This document shows, piece by piece, positions 31,309 through 42,860 of a stretch of DNA of 64,000 bases (position 1 is the stretch's first letter; every line of letters starts with the position of its first letter). Source of the stretch: Spirochaetia bacterium (GTDB lineage: Bacteria > Spirochaetota > Spirochaetia > SZUA-6 > Bin103); contig CBDAOI010000004.1 of the NCBI GenBank assembly GCA_965198005.1, positions 160,001-224,000 on the forward strand. Direction: 5' to 3'. A model generated the notes under the pieces. It was not told where the DNA came from. It made no database searches and worked only from the letters and a program-made list of their open reading frames with translations. The translations under genes were made by a program, and so were the position numbers.

Positions 31309-33102
31309 ATGAATATTACAAAAACGGGAATGACCTTCGCGATTGCGTTGGTCCTGGTCATGACCACAACCGGCCTGTGGGCCACTGGCGCGGAAGAGAC
31401 GCCGGCAGCCGCGGCCGACAAGCAGTACGTCACCGACCCCACAACCGGCAAGGTGGTGACTGCGCCGGAGTACGGCGGGACAATAACCTACGTCATGAAA
31501 GAAGAGCCTTCGCATGTCGACGCTCCGTTAGATTTGCACGGCCAAGCGATCGCCAAGCTGGTTGTAGAGTGGCTAGCCCTCCCCGACTGGGCAGCGCCCA
31601 GGGACGAATTGGACTTCGTGAACTGGGATCCTCCAAACTACACGAGGGGGTCTCTGGCGGAAAGCTGGGAAATGCCCGACGACACAACGATTGTCTTCAA
31701 CATCCGCAAGGGCGTTTACTGGCATGATAAGGCACCGATGAACGGTCGGGAGCTGACTGCCGATGATGTCGAATATAACTGGCACCGTGTGACGGGTACG
31801 GGCAGCGGCTACACCGAAATGAGCGAATTTGCTTGGTCTTTGAGGGCTTTGTCATTCGAATCGATAACGGCCACTGACAAATATACGGTTGTTTTCAAGC
31901 TGAAGGAGCCAAATCTCGTGACGCTGGGTGCTATCATGTCCGAGGGCATTACCCTTATATACCCCCCCGAGGTAATCAAGGAACACGGGGGCGTTACGGA
32001 CTGGAGGAACCTGGTCGGCACCGGACCCATGATGCTGACTGACTGGACCGCGGGCAGCTCTATAACATGGACCAAGAATCCTGACTACCGGGGCTACGAC
32101 GAAAAATACCCGGAGAACCGCCTGCCCTATATTGACCAGTTAAGAGCCCTGATTATGCCAGAAGTGGCAACACAGCTGGCGGCACTGCGCACGGGTACGG
32201 TTGATTACATGGGTCGGTTGGGGGCAGCTCAAATAAGGAATGTCGACCAGGTAGAGAGCCTCGAGCGGACCAACCCCGAACTCGAAATGTGGCCGTCTGG
32301 CAACCAGTCGGATAATGGTTTTGCTATGAACATTCAGAAGCCGCCCTTTGACGACATCAGGGTGCGCAAGGCAATGCAGATGGCACTGGACCTCGAGACA
32401 TTTAGCAATAGCTTCTTTAAGGGTTATGCAGATCCGATACCTCAGGGACGGTTGGGCCGTTTTATGACAGAGGTTGCCACCCAATTTGAAGATTGGCCCG
32501 AAGAGGTCAAGAAAGGCTATATGTATGACCCGGAAGGTGCCGAAGCGTTGCTTGATGCGGCTGGGCTTCCGCGCGGCGCCGACGGGATTAGATTCAAGAC
32601 CGTGTTGACCCACCTCGAGCGGTACGATCCGAGCTTTGCAGAATTAGCCGCTTCATACTGGGCTGCGATTGGCGTTGATGTCGAGGTTCAGGTAACGCCG
32701 TTAGCTCCATTTGTCGCTGCAAGAAGAAATCGGACTCATGAAATGATGAGTACCGAACCGGGGAAGAACCGTCCAAATGCTAATGCATTGGCGGAATTGA
32801 ATTACTTTCATCCGGATACTGCAGGGAACAGCGCCAACGTCAACGACGCGACTTTTGTCGCCATGTTTGAAGCCGCCGCAGCCGCTACCACCTGGGAGGA
32901 GAGGAACAGGCTTAGTAAAGAGATGAATATGTACGCGATAGAGCGGTTCTGGGGGATATATGGTCCTATGGCCCTACAGTTTTCGGCGACCCAGCCGTGG
33001 CTGATCGGTTATAACGGTGAAACAAGTTGGCCTTCTTTAGGCAACCTGGTCTTCACCCGCCTCTGGATTGACAGTGAGCTGAAGGAAGCCATGGGTCGCT
33101 AG
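31309..33102 (+). CDS. ABC substrate-binding protein, family 5 (A2)
   Basis: Paralog of 17092-18906; intact. Confidence 0.92.
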   Translation: MNITKTGMTFAIALVLVMTTTGLWATGAEETPAAAADKQYVTDPTTGKVVTAPEYGGTITYVMKEEPSHVDAPLDLHGQAIAKLVVEWLALPDWAAPRDELDFVNWDPPNYTRGSLAESWEMPDDTTIVFNIRKGVYWHDKAPMNGRELTADDVEYNWHRVTGTGSGYTEMSEFAWSLRALSFESITATDKYTVVFKLKEPNLVTLGAIMSEGITLIYPPEVIKEHGGVTDWRNLVGTGPMMLTDWTAGSSITWTKNPDYRGYDEKYPENRLPYIDQLRALIMPEVATQLAALRTGTVDYMGRLGAAQIRNVDQVESLERTNPELEMWPSGNQSDNGFAMNIQKPPFDDIRVRKAMQMALDLETFSNSFFKGYADPIPQGRLGRFMTEVATQFEDWPEEVKKGYMYDPEGAEALLDAAGLPRGADGIRFKTVLTHLERYDPSFAELAASYWAAIGVDVEVQVTPLAPFVAARRNRTHEMMSTEPGKNRPNANALAELNYFHPDTAGNSANVNDATFVAMFEAAAAATTWEERNRLSKEMNMYAIERFWGIYGPMALQFSATQPWLIGYNGETSWPSLGNLVFTRLWIDSELKEAMGR

Positions 33103-33197
33103 AAGGAGCGACTCCCCGCTGGCCACGCAAGAAAGGGGGCTGGGGGTTGCGCTTCCGAGCGCGCTCCCGGCCCTCACTCATTGAATAGGGTGTCCCC

Positions 33198-34163
33198 GTG
33201 AGAGCCTATGTCGTCAGGCGATTATTGCTGATCCTGCCCACGCTGTTCATCTTGAGCATCCTGGTCTTCCTCTCGGTGCGCTTCATCCCCGGCGATGTAA
33301 TAGACGTAATGCTGGGTAGGATGGAAATGTTCGCAGGCGCTTTTGAGGACATTGACCGTGAAGCTCTTGAGCATCAGCTGGGATTAGACGTGCCTGTCCA
33401 CGTGCAGTATGGACGCTGGATAGGAAATATTTTGCGGCACGGCAGCCTTGGCGAATCACTCCTTGGCGGTTACGCGATAGAGGAAAGGATATTAGATAGA
33501 CTGCCGGTAACCATTGAGCTCGGTTTGATGGCAATCCTCATCGGGCTGGTGATTGCGTTGCCCGTGGGCATCTACTCGGCGATTCGCCAGGATACGGCCG
33601 CCGACTTCCTGGGGCGCTCGGTCGCCATCATCGGCCTGGCCACGCCTAACTTCTGGCTCGGCATCATGGTCATGATCTACCCAGCCATCTGGTGGGGCTG
33701 GGCGCCACCGCTGGAGCTGGTTTCCTTCACCGCAGACCCGCTCGGGAATCTCTGGGGGTTCCTGATCCCGAGCCTGATTCTGGGAACGGCCTCGGCGGCC
33801 GCCACCATGCGGATGACGCGCACCATGATGCTGGAGGTGCTCCGGCAGGACTATATCCGGACCGCCTGGTCCAAGGGGCTGAAGGAGCGGGCCGTGGTGA
33901 TCCGACACGCCGTCAAGAATGCCCTCATCCCGGTGGTGTCCCTGATTGGCCTACAGTTGCCGATTCTGGTGGGGGGCGCCGTGATCATGGAGAACATCTT
34001 CAACCTGCCGGGGCTCGGGCGCCTCCTGCTGACTGCCCTCACTGACAGAGACTACCCGATGGTCTCCGGCATCAACCTGTTCTTCGCCACTGGGGTAGTG
34101 GTGATCAATCTGCTCATCGACCTGGTCTACGCGGTCCTGGACCCCAGGGTCCGCTATGACTGA
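33198..34163 (+). CDS. ABC permease, OppB/DppB-like
   Basis: Intact; EAA loop; LDPRVRYD. Confidence 0.92.
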   Translation: MRAYVVRRLLLILPTLFILSILVFLSVRFIPGDVIDVMLGRMEMFAGAFEDIDREALEHQLGLDVPVHVQYGRWIGNILRHGSLGESLLGGYAIEERILDRLPVTIELGLMAILIGLVIALPVGIYSAIRQDTAADFLGRSVAIIGLATPNFWLGIMVMIYPAIWWGWAPPLELVSFTADPLGNLWGFLIPSLILGTASAAATMRMTRTMMLEVLRQDYIRTAWSKGLKERAVVIRHAVKNALIPVVSLIGLQLPILVGGAVIMENIFNLPGLGRLLLTALTDRDYPMVSGINLFFATGVVVINLLIDLVYAVLDPRVRYD

Positions 34164-34620
34164 GTTCTTGCGCCGGCTGGTCAAGGAGAAGCCGCTGAGC
34201 ATCATCGCCGGGGTCGTCATCCTGCTGTTGATTCTCGTGGCGATCTTTGCCGATGTTCTGGCGCCTTTTCCGCATGATGAAGTAAACATCGTAGACCGGA
34301 TGCAGGCGCCCTCGGTCAGTGAGATCTGAGCCCTGGGTGCCGCTGCCGCCAGCTCGGTCTAAGGAAGCCCCGACGTTGATGGTGAACACGATGATGATCG
34401 GAGCGCCGATATTGGGCAGGACGTGGCGGATGAGGGTGCGCCACCTGGTGCTGCCGATCGCCTCTGCCGCCTGGAAATAGACGTTCTCCTTTACCCCAAT
34501 AACCGCGCCGCGGATTACCCTAGAGCCGCCGATGCCACCGGTGACGCCCGCGGTGCGGGATCTGCTCGACCCGCGGTTGCGGGGCGGTGGCGCCATCCCT
34601 GGCGCCCAGGTGGCATGTAG
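34156..34620. pseudogene. OppC-like remnant with an inverted central piece
   Basis: Plus-strand N-terminus (34156-34320) and AVRDLLDPR (~34548-34620) flank minus-strand GGIGGSRVIRGAVIG..RHVLPN (~34360-34545). Confidence 0.8.
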
Positions 34621-34973
34621 CTCCCGGGGTTCGACGGATCGATGACGAAGCCTGTGGCCGGTTGGCGGTGACGCGACCGGTGGATCATCCCCCCCTCCCC
34701 CCCCGGGGGGGCGCGTGACCGAGTACCCAAGCAACCGATAACTCCGGACCGCTCGTCGAGCCGCATCTATCACCCGTTCGCCATCAGCGCCGCTGACGAC
34801 TTGGCGGCTCCGTTCGACCTCCACACCCATCGCACCACGGTGCTGCGCGGCACCGTGCGCGCCGAGCCGTGGCCCGACCATCATCAGCATGCCACACCCG
34901 CCGGAGTTTCCGGCCAAAGAAAACACGGGTACCGGGACGCAGTCCCGATCCCGAAAACGAGGAGGAGTACATT

Positions 34974-36001
34974 ATGACTCCAAGACTCATGTTGCTGCCG
35001 CTGGCGCTCGCGCTGGTGGCTACCATTACGTTCGCCAGCGGCGAAAGCGACACCGCAGCCGCGGCCGAGAAGGAGATGGTGCTCGACCCGACCACCGGCG
35101 AGATGGTCACCGCGCCCGAGTATGGCGGCACGATCAGAGCGGTCGTGAACTTCAAGAACGAGGGAATCGACCCCTACTACCGCTACACCGCGGGGGCCTG
35201 GATCGGGCTGGTCAACGAGAAGCTCGGCGTCGCCGACTGGGCGATCGACCGGAGCGTGGTCGGTTATACCACGCTATTCCTGCCCGATGAGGCCATCACC
35301 GGACAACTGGCCGAGAGCTGGGAGAACCCGGATCCGCTTACCTACGTGTTCAAGATCCGCGACGGCGTGTTCTGGCACGACAAGGCACCGGTGAACGGCC
35401 GGCAGCTCACCGCGCACGACGTCGAGTACAGCTGGCAGCGGCTCGTCTGGGGTGTGGACGGCGGCGAGCCGAGCCCGGATGTCGGGGGGTCTGAAGTCGG
35501 CACGATACGACCCGACCGCCATCACCTCACTGATGCGCTCCGGACAGGCGGACTTCATCGGGTTCGGGCTCAACTCCCATCTGACCAGTGTCGACTCGGC
35601 GGTCAATCTGCAGAAGACCAATCCCGACCTGGTGCTGCACCCGTATGCCTACCGTTCGGAAACGGCGATCGGTTTCAACGTCCAGAAGGAGCCCTGGAGC
35701 GACATCCGCGTGCGCCAAGCCTTGACCCTGGCCATCGACCAAGAGGCCATCGCCGAGAACTACCAGCAGGGTTGGGGCGATGCAAGCCCGGTCGGCCCTG
35801 TTGGCAAAGCGGTCCTCGGGTATACGGTTCCGTTCGAGGAATGGCCCGACGAGGTCAAGCAGTACTATCGGTACGACCCCGAGGAGGCGGAGAGGTTGCT
35901 CGACGAGGCCGGTTATCCGCGCGGCGACGACGGCGTTCGCTTCAGTTGTCCTCATGTACCTGTGGGTGGACCAGGATATGAAGCGGGAGATGGGCTTCTG
36001 A
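34974..36001 (+). pseudogene. SBP (B2) with two large internal deletions
   Basis: Paralog of 23283; frameshifts at ~35505 and ~35945. Confidence 0.85.
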
Positions 36002-36156
36002 GCACAGCGTAAGCCCGCCGAGGAGCCCGCCTCCGGGCGGGCTCCTCGCTCCAACCGCCGAGACACGACACCGTCAACCAGCCGCCGGCAGTCTCGCCCG
36101 CGCTCAGCGCTCGACACTACGCTGTGGTATGCTCTGTGTGGAATGGAGGATAGCCC

Positions 36157-36250
36157 ATGGCCAGCCCGCTACCCGCTCCCGCCAAGGTTCCACTACCCCT
36201 CATCCGACGGCCGGCCGATGGCGGAAAGCGACTTCCAGCGCACGCCGCTA
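36157..36250 (+). pseudogene. Uma2-family N-terminal remnant
   Basis: YPSSDGRPMAESDFQ. Confidence 0.55.
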
Positions 36251-36348
36251 CGGCAGCCCGCGCAGCCGCGGAAGCACGGGTGGCCGGGTGCTGCATCATG
36301 AGTCACGACGCGAGGGCAGCGGGCCGATTCTACGAAAGAGTGGGCATC

Positions 36349-36633
36349 CGTGATTCCCACCGTGTACATTGAGACGACGGTTGTCAGCTACCTTGCGGCG
36401 CGATCTTCGCGCGATCTCGTGATCGCTGCGTATCAAGAAATAACGCGAGAGTGGTGGCGTGATGCCCCATCGCCGTAACGCACGGCATCGACTATCTGGT
36501 ACCGTGGAATTTCCGGCATCTTGCTAACGCAACCATGCGGTCCCGGATCGAACAGGTTTGTCGAGATGCGGGTTACGAGCCAACAATCATCTGTACACCA
36601 AACGAACTCATGGAGGATGATGATGAAGAGTGA
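36349..36633 (+). pseudogene. PIN toxin, internally deleted
   Basis: VYIETTVVSYL..TREWW / NFRHLANA..ICTPNEL. Confidence 0.75.
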
Positions 36634-36814
36634 GAGTGATCCCATAGTCGCCGAAGTGCGGGCGGCGCGTGCGAAGTATGCTGCCGAGTTCGGCTACGAC
36701 GTCAAAGCTATTTTCGAGGACATTCGATCCCGGAAACAGGCCACCGGTCGCACCTATGTGCGATATCCGGCTCGTCGTTTGGCAGCAACCACTCGACTAG
36801 CGTCAAACGAATAG
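36618..36814 (+). CDS. Small PIN-associated protein (putative antitoxin)
   Basis: DPIVAEVRAARAKYAAEFGYDVKAIFEDI. Confidence 0.6.
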
Positions 36815-37188
36815 GGACCGATGGAGCGCGAGTTGATGGTGGTAACCGGCCACGACGGCACGCGCTTCGTCGATCTGCTCAGCGAGTAACGTGGCGCTGA
36901 CGCTGGTGGTGTACGGCCGGTGGGCGCGGTCAGCGACGTGGTCGTGCTGCTGCTGTTCCTGCTGAGCTGCACACGGTAGACGTCATGCTCACGAGTGCGA
37001 CGAGCGCGTGGGTCACTGTGGATTGCGGACGTTTCAACACCCACGGCGCTGGGTACGCACGGTTGGTCGCCTTATCGTCGACTCCGATAATCAAGTCGAC
37101 GTCGCTGCCGACGCCCCAGTCCCCGCGCGCGTACGAGCCGAAGTATCCGACTCTTCGGGGCGGGAAGTGAGGTTACTACATTCCCCGG

Positions 37189-37300
37189 TCAGGAGTGCAC
37201 CTGCTTGCGATGTTTCCGAATCACCGGCGCCAAAGCTCGAAGAGCTTCATTTACAGCCGTTCCGTCGGTGAACACGTCGAGGAGATCGGGATCGTGGGCG
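37189..37300 (-). pseudogene. BrnA-like antitoxin C-terminal remnant
   Basis: DPDLLDVFTDGTAVNEALRAL. Confidence 0.55.
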
Positions 37301-37309
37301 CGAAAGGCC

Positions 37310-37489
37310 GACCTGCGCATCGCCGAGGGGATATGGGTGATACGGGGGCCGAGAGCTCCCCTGTTCAATGTCGGCCAGCCATGGCTCAAGGGCTACAACG
37401 GGGAAGGTGATCTGGGCGATCTTCAGAGAATGCCGATCTACGCCCGCCTCTGGATCGACCAGGATCTGAAGCGCGAGATGGGATCCTGA
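37310..37489 (+). pseudogene. SBP C-terminal remnant
   Basis: QPWLKGYNGE..ARLWIDQDLKREMGS*. Confidence 0.8.
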
Positions 37490-37653
37490 GAGCGAAATGC
37501 CGTAGCCAGCAAGGGGCCCGCCTTTGGGCCGGCTCACTGAATAAAATTGACCCGTAGACGCGAGCTGGGGGTCGGGCGCCTTCCAGGCGCGCGCCCTCCA
37601 GTTCATTTGTGCCAGGGGGAGTAACAGCAAGAAATGACAGTTCTTCCGTCGAC

Positions 37654-38619
37654 ATGAGAGCGTACGTCATCCGCCGCGTCCCGCTGCTGATCCCCACCTT
37701 CTTCCTGCTGACGATTCTGGTGTTCCTGTCGGTGCGGTTCATACCAGGGGATGCCATAGACACGCTTCTGTACCGGATGGAGGATGGGGCCGGCGGCGGG
37801 GACCACATCGACCGGGCGGAGCTCGAGCGGCGGCTGGGGCTCGACGTGCCGGTGCCGGTGCAGTATGGCCGCTGGATGGGCGGCATAATCTTGCGCGGCG
37901 ATCTGGGCAAGCCTCTGTTGAAGGCGGAGCCGGTCGGTCAACTGATCGCCGGGCGGCTGCCGACCACCATCGAGTTGGGCGTGGTGGTGCTGGTCGTAGG
38001 GATGCTGATCGGCGTGCCGATCGGCATCTACTCGGCGGTGCGGCAAGACACGGTGGGCGACTACGTCGGTCGCTCCTTCGCCATCTTCGGCCTGGCGACG
38101 CCCAACTTCTGGCTGGCCACCATCATCCTCATCTTCCCGGCGATCTGGTGGGGTTGGTCGCCGCCGCTGCGGCTGGTGCGCCTGAGCGACGACTTCGTCG
38201 GCCACTTCGGCATCTTCATCGTGCCGGGTCTGATGCTCGGCACCTACCTGGCGGCCAGTACCATGCGCATGACCCGCACCATGATGCTGGAGGTGCTCCG
38301 GCAGGACTACATTCGCACCGCGTGGGCAAAGGGGCTGCGCGAGCGCCTGGTCATCCTCCGCCACGTCATCAAGAACGCGCTGATTCCGGTGGTGACGCTG
38401 GTGGGGCTGCAAGTGCCTATCTTGGTCGGGGGCGCGGTCATCATGGAGCAGATGTTCGCCATCCCCGGCCTGGGACGCCTGATGATCGGTGCCCTGATCG
38501 ACCGCGACTACCCGTTGATCTCGGGGATCAACCTGTTCTTCGCCGGCGCGGTCATGGTCATCAACCTGCTGGTCGACGTGCTGTACGCCTACCTGGACCC
38601 GCGCGTCCAGTACGGGTGA
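37654..38619 (+). CDS. ABC permease, OppB/DppB-like
   Basis: Intact; close paralog of 25001. Confidence 0.92.
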   Translation: MRAYVIRRVPLLIPTFFLLTILVFLSVRFIPGDAIDTLLYRMEDGAGGGDHIDRAELERRLGLDVPVPVQYGRWMGGIILRGDLGKPLLKAEPVGQLIAGRLPTTIELGVVVLVVGMLIGVPIGIYSAVRQDTVGDYVGRSFAIFGLATPNFWLATIILIFPAIWWGWSPPLRLVRLSDDFVGHFGIFIVPGLMLGTYLAASTMRMTRTMMLEVLRQDYIRTAWAKGLRERLVILRHVIKNALIPVVTLVGLQVPILVGGAVIMEQMFAIPGLGRLMIGALIDRDYPLISGINLFFAGAVMVINLLVDVLYAYLDPRVQYG

Positions 38620-38788
38620 GGGGACACGACCGCTGCGTGACATGGAAGACGATGAAATCGAAACACTTGCGTTGCCCGCTGGCCGGCACCTTCGGACCAG
38701 GGCACGGTTACTCCGTGACACGGACGACGACGACAACGACGCACGCGGCCGGGCACGGCGGCCTGCACGTTCGGACCGGGAGACCGCT

Positions 38789-39803
38789 ATGGGTGAGGTG
38801 ACCGTGCGGCAGGCGCTACCGGCGCAGGGGGCGAAGCGGGCGAAGGGGCAGTCGTTCCTGCGCGACCTGCTGCGCCGGCTGATACGGGAGCGGCCGGTGG
38901 GCGCGGTCAGCGCCGCGATCGTGCTGCTGCTGTGCTAGCTAGCTAGCTAGCTAGCTAGCTAGCTAGCTAGTCGCCATCTTCGCCGACCTCCTGGCGCCGT
39001 TCCACTTCATGGACATGACCATGATCGACAGGCTCAAGGGGCCGTCGAGCACCTACCCGCTGGGCACCGACCACATCGGCCGCGACCTCTTCAGCCGCCT
39101 GCTGTACGGCGCGCGGGTGTCGCTCGGGGTGGGGTTCGCCGCCACCACCCTGAGCGTGGTGGTGTCGCTGCTGATCGGCGGGGTGGCGGGGTTCGTGGGC
39201 GGCAAGCTCGACCTGGCGGTGCAGCGCTTCGTCGACGCCTGGATGTCGTTCCCGGGCCTGCTGCTGCTGCTGACGGTCATGACCATCATCGGCCAGGGCA
39301 TCCCGCAGATCATCGGCATGCTGGGGCTGGCCTCCGGGGTGGCCAACTCGCGGGTGGTGCGCGGGGCGGTGATCGGCATCAAGGGCAACCCGTACTTCGA
39401 GGCGGCGCATGCGATCGGCAGCCCGTCGTGGCGGACGCTGCTGCGCCACGTGTGGCCGAACATCACGGCGCCGATCATCATCATCTACTCGATCACCATC
39501 GGCTGGGCGATCATCGCGGAGGCGTCTTTGAGCTTTCTGGGGTTCGGGCTGCCGCCGGACGTGCCGAGCTGGGGGACGATGCTGAGCCGTGAGGGGCGGC
39601 AGTACATGGAGATGGCGCCGCGGCTGGCGATGTGGCCGGGGGTGGCGCTGACGCTGGTGGTGTACAGCCTGAACATGGTGGGCGACGCGCTGCGCGACCT
39701 GCTCGACCCGCGGCTGCGCGGCGGCGGCGCGGTGGCCGGCGGCGGCGGGGTAGGCGCCCGCGCCGCCGAGCGCGCAACGAAGGCGCTGCAGAAGCTGATT
39801 TAA
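38789..39803 (+). pseudogene. OppC-like permease interrupted by (CTAG)9
   Basis: Stop at 38936-38938; the remainder is intact from 39009. Confidence 0.85.
38935..38970. repeat. (CTAG)9 microsatellite
   Basis: Direct count. Confidence 0.97.
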
Positions 39804-40204
39804 TATAAAGAAATGAGGGGTCCGAGCGAATCCTTCTAACTCACCGCCGGCCCGTGTGTTATGGATCTCGGTTTACGGTCGTGAGACGAGTTCTGTAGCT
39901 AGGCCAGAACGCTGTTGCTCGTACCAGCGCACCGCCGCAGCGAACTCTTCGCGAGCAGCCGCGAGGTTCCGAACGCGTCGGCTCACCTGCCAAGGATGCC
40001 GCGCTCGATCCTGCGCCTGGTGTCATCCCAAGACTCAAGTTCGGCGGAGCCTGACGAGACCGCACAGTACCGCGAGGCACGTTAGTTCACTGCCGGCCCC
40101 TCGCCTACTCTCAAGGTATGCCTGCAATCGCAGGTAACCGCCGATTCTTTGCCGCGAGGACCGTCGCAGCGGCCACCTCCCGGGGCGCACGGGCGGGACT
40201 GCTA

Positions 40205-40440
40205 TCTCGCCCGCCGACGGTCCTGTCGTCGTCACCGGCGCGAGCGGGTATATCGGCTCCTGGATCGTCTACGATCTGATGGCGCAAGGCTACCGCGTCC
40301 ATGCCTGCGTCCGGGATTTGAACAATGCTGCGAAGGTCGACCATCTGACCGCGCTCAACAACGATCGCGACCTTCGTGGCGAGGTCGAGCTGTTTCGTGG
40401 CGAGCTGTTCGAGCGCGGCAGCTACGACGACGCGTTCTGG
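40205..40440 (+). pseudogene. NAD-dependent epimerase/dehydratase N-terminal remnant
   Basis: VVVTGASGYIGSWIV..GYRVHACVRD. Confidence 0.7.
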
Positions 40441-40493
40441 CCGCAGCGCGGCGTGCTTGCGCCATGAACCACTCCGTGGTTATAGTATGAACC

Positions 40494-40748
40494 ATGAAGT
40501 CAATCACGATTCATAAGCTCGACGACGACCTCGCCGGCGAGCTGGAACGACATGCTCGGCGTGAAGGAGTGTCGATCAACCGGATGGTAAAGCGACTGCT
40601 GCGTGCATCGCTCGGTCTTGAGAAACCCGCCGCGGTCGATCGGCGGGCAGATTTCGAGGACCTGTTTGGCGGCTGGTCCGAGGAAGAAGAGCGACGGTTC
40701 AAAGACCGGCTGGCGGATCTGGAACACGTAGCTCCCGACGAATGGTAG
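40494..40748 (+). CDS. FitA/VapB-like RHH antitoxin
   Basis: MKSITIHKLDDDL..GVSINRMVKRLL..GGWSEEE. Confidence 0.85.
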   Translation: MKSITIHKLDDDLAGELERHARREGVSINRMVKRLLRASLGLEKPAAVDRRADFEDLFGGWSEEEERRFKDRLADLEHVAPDEW

Positions 40749-40754
40749 TATCCC

Positions 40755-41156
40755 ATGAAATCGATCATGCTTGACACCAACGCCTACAGTGCCTACCGCC
40801 GCGGAAACTCGGACGTGCTGGAAGCGCTTGGCAAGGCCGAGAGGGTGTACATGTCGGTGTTCGTTCTGGGCAAGCTTCTGTACGGCTTCCGTGGCGGAAA
40901 TCGATATGTCCGGAACCGGCGCGAGCTCAGTTCCTTTCTCGACAAGCCGTCGGTGTTCGTGGCCACCGCTACCGAAGAAACGTCCGAGCAGTTCGCGGTA
41001 ACCAAGGAGGCCCTCCGCCAAGCCGGCACGCCGCTGCCCATGAATGACGTGTGGATCGCAGCTCATTGTCTTCAGTTGGGCGCCACCATCGTCACGCTCG
41101 ACGGACACTTCAGCACCGTTCCGGGGCTGCGCGTCTGGCCGCCGGCCGCCTCATGA
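40755..41156 (+). CDS. vapC: PIN-domain toxin
   Basis: LDTNAYS..PMNDVWIAA..VTLDGHF. Confidence 0.88.
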   Translation: MKSIMLDTNAYSAYRRGNSDVLEALGKAERVYMSVFVLGKLLYGFRGGNRYVRNRRELSSFLDKPSVFVATATEETSEQFAVTKEALRQAGTPLPMNDVWIAAHCLQLGATIVTLDGHFSTVPGLRVWPPAAS

Positions 41157-41659
41157 GGGCCGGCAGCCACGCGCTCGCCGCGGCAGAGCGCGCCCGACTG
41201 CCCGGTCGTGCTGAATCGCCACCCGCGCCCCGGCGATACCCGGCGCCGATTCTGGCAATTGGCGCCCTCGGCGGGCCGTCATTCGCCGGCGATTGACTGC
41301 CTGGGTGTTGGCACACTCGCTGCGCACCGATCGTCGCAGCTTTCGTCATCTGCAGCTCCGGTACTGAAGATCGCCTGCAGGCATGTATCGACGGGGCAGC
41401 AAAGATTCGTCAAGAACCGACATTACGCATTCCTGACAATCGTATGTCGCGCTTGTATGGTTGATGGCGTGGAGTGGTGGGGTCCGGTCACCGCAATATC
41501 GGGTGCAGCAGTAGCGGTAGTGGCGATTGCGGCCGCAATCACCAGACCATTCAAGAGCATCCGGGATGAAGCTCGGCAGGCCCATGCCCTGATCGGGGAG
41601 AACATCAATGCCGTGCGCACCGACTTGGCCGCCAAGATCGACGGCGTGCGCACCGCAGG

Positions 41660-41910
41660 ATGACGAGCCCGGCGATGATGCTCAGTGGCTTCTCCTTGAC
41701 CAGCCTCGCAAGGAAATCAGTCATAGCGAACCCTGGGGTCCAAGACAGCGTAGATCAGATCGATCATAAGATTGATCCCCACCACCCCAGTGGCGAAGAA
41801 CAGGTTGATTCCGGAGACCACGGCGCCCCCGACGAGGATCGGCAACTGCAGGCCGATCAGGGACACCACCGGGATCAGGGCATTCTTGACGGCGTGTCGG
41901 ATCACGACCG
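41660..41910 (-). pseudogene. Inverted OppB 3' end / OppC 5' end remnant
   Basis: VIRHAVKNALIP..LVGGAV|VSGINLFF..LDPRVRYD then MTDFLARLVKEKP. Confidence 0.8.
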
Positions 41911-42239
41911 GAGCCCAACTCGGCGGGTCGGCGCCAGCACATTCGCAGGCGTCCGCGGTCATGCCACCGGAGCCCGCACCCGCGCCGCCGGCGGGAGCCG
42001 GGCCGTTGCTGCCCGAGCCTGCTGCCTCGGCGAGTGTTGCATCGGTGCCCGCCGCGGGACAGGCTGCGGCGTCAGGACCAGTGGGAGCCGGCCGCTTACG
42101 GCCCGAGCCGGCAGCTTCGGGGGGTGCCGCCGCGGTGTCGGCCGCGGGCGCGGCTACGCAGTCGGCGGGAGAGCCGCAGTCGCCCGCAGTCGTGGCGCGG
42201 GAGCCCGCACCGGCGCCGCCGGCGGTTGCACTCACCCCA

Positions 42240-42797
42240 GCGTGGACCGCGGAGCAGCAGGCCGAGCTGGTAGAGCTGGTTGCCAACAAGTCGGCGCGCG
42301 AGACGGAGAAGCTCCTGGCCGAGTTGGAGCCGGAGTTGAGGCTGCCGCGGGAGCGGGAGCGCGCCCTCGGCGGCGGCCGCTACGAGGTGCGGGTGATCCT
42401 GGACCAGACCAGCGTGGAGGCGATCTCAAACTTGAAGAGCTGGCTGTCGCACGTGAACCCGGGCTTTACCACTGGCCAACTGCTGGCCTATCTGCTGCAG
42501 CAGGCCCAGCGGACGTACGATCCGGTGCGCGAGCGGGGTCGCGCGGGGAAGCGGACGCCCGCGCCCGGCGGGCAACGCACTGCGCGCGAGCGGGGCACGG
42601 CACGTGAGACACGCGAGCACAGTAGCGCGATCAGCGGCGGCGGTGAGTCCGGAGGTGGCGCGATTGCCGCCGGTGCCCCTGATGACCGTGAGCCGGCGCC
42701 GGGTGCGGTAGCGCGAAGCTCGGCTCCCGCTGCTGCGGCTGCTGCGGCTGCTGCCGGGTCGCCGGCCGCCGGCCCGGCAGCAGCCCGGTCAGCCTGA
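42240..42797 (+). pseudogene. Fragment resembling the middle region of HNH-endonuclease-associated proteins
   Basis: KSARETEKLLAELEP..LKSWLSHVNP..YDPVR flanked by low-complexity Ala/Pro sequence; no HNH motif visible. Confidence 0.4.
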
Positions 42798-42860
42798 TAC
42801 GGCCGGCGGCCATGCCTGTCCGCCACCTGCATGCCGCCTCGTCGGGCACATCGGGCACGA

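Noticed and set aside
38935-38970. (CTAG)n as a simple phase-variation switch
   Set aside because: No repeat number restores an open frame
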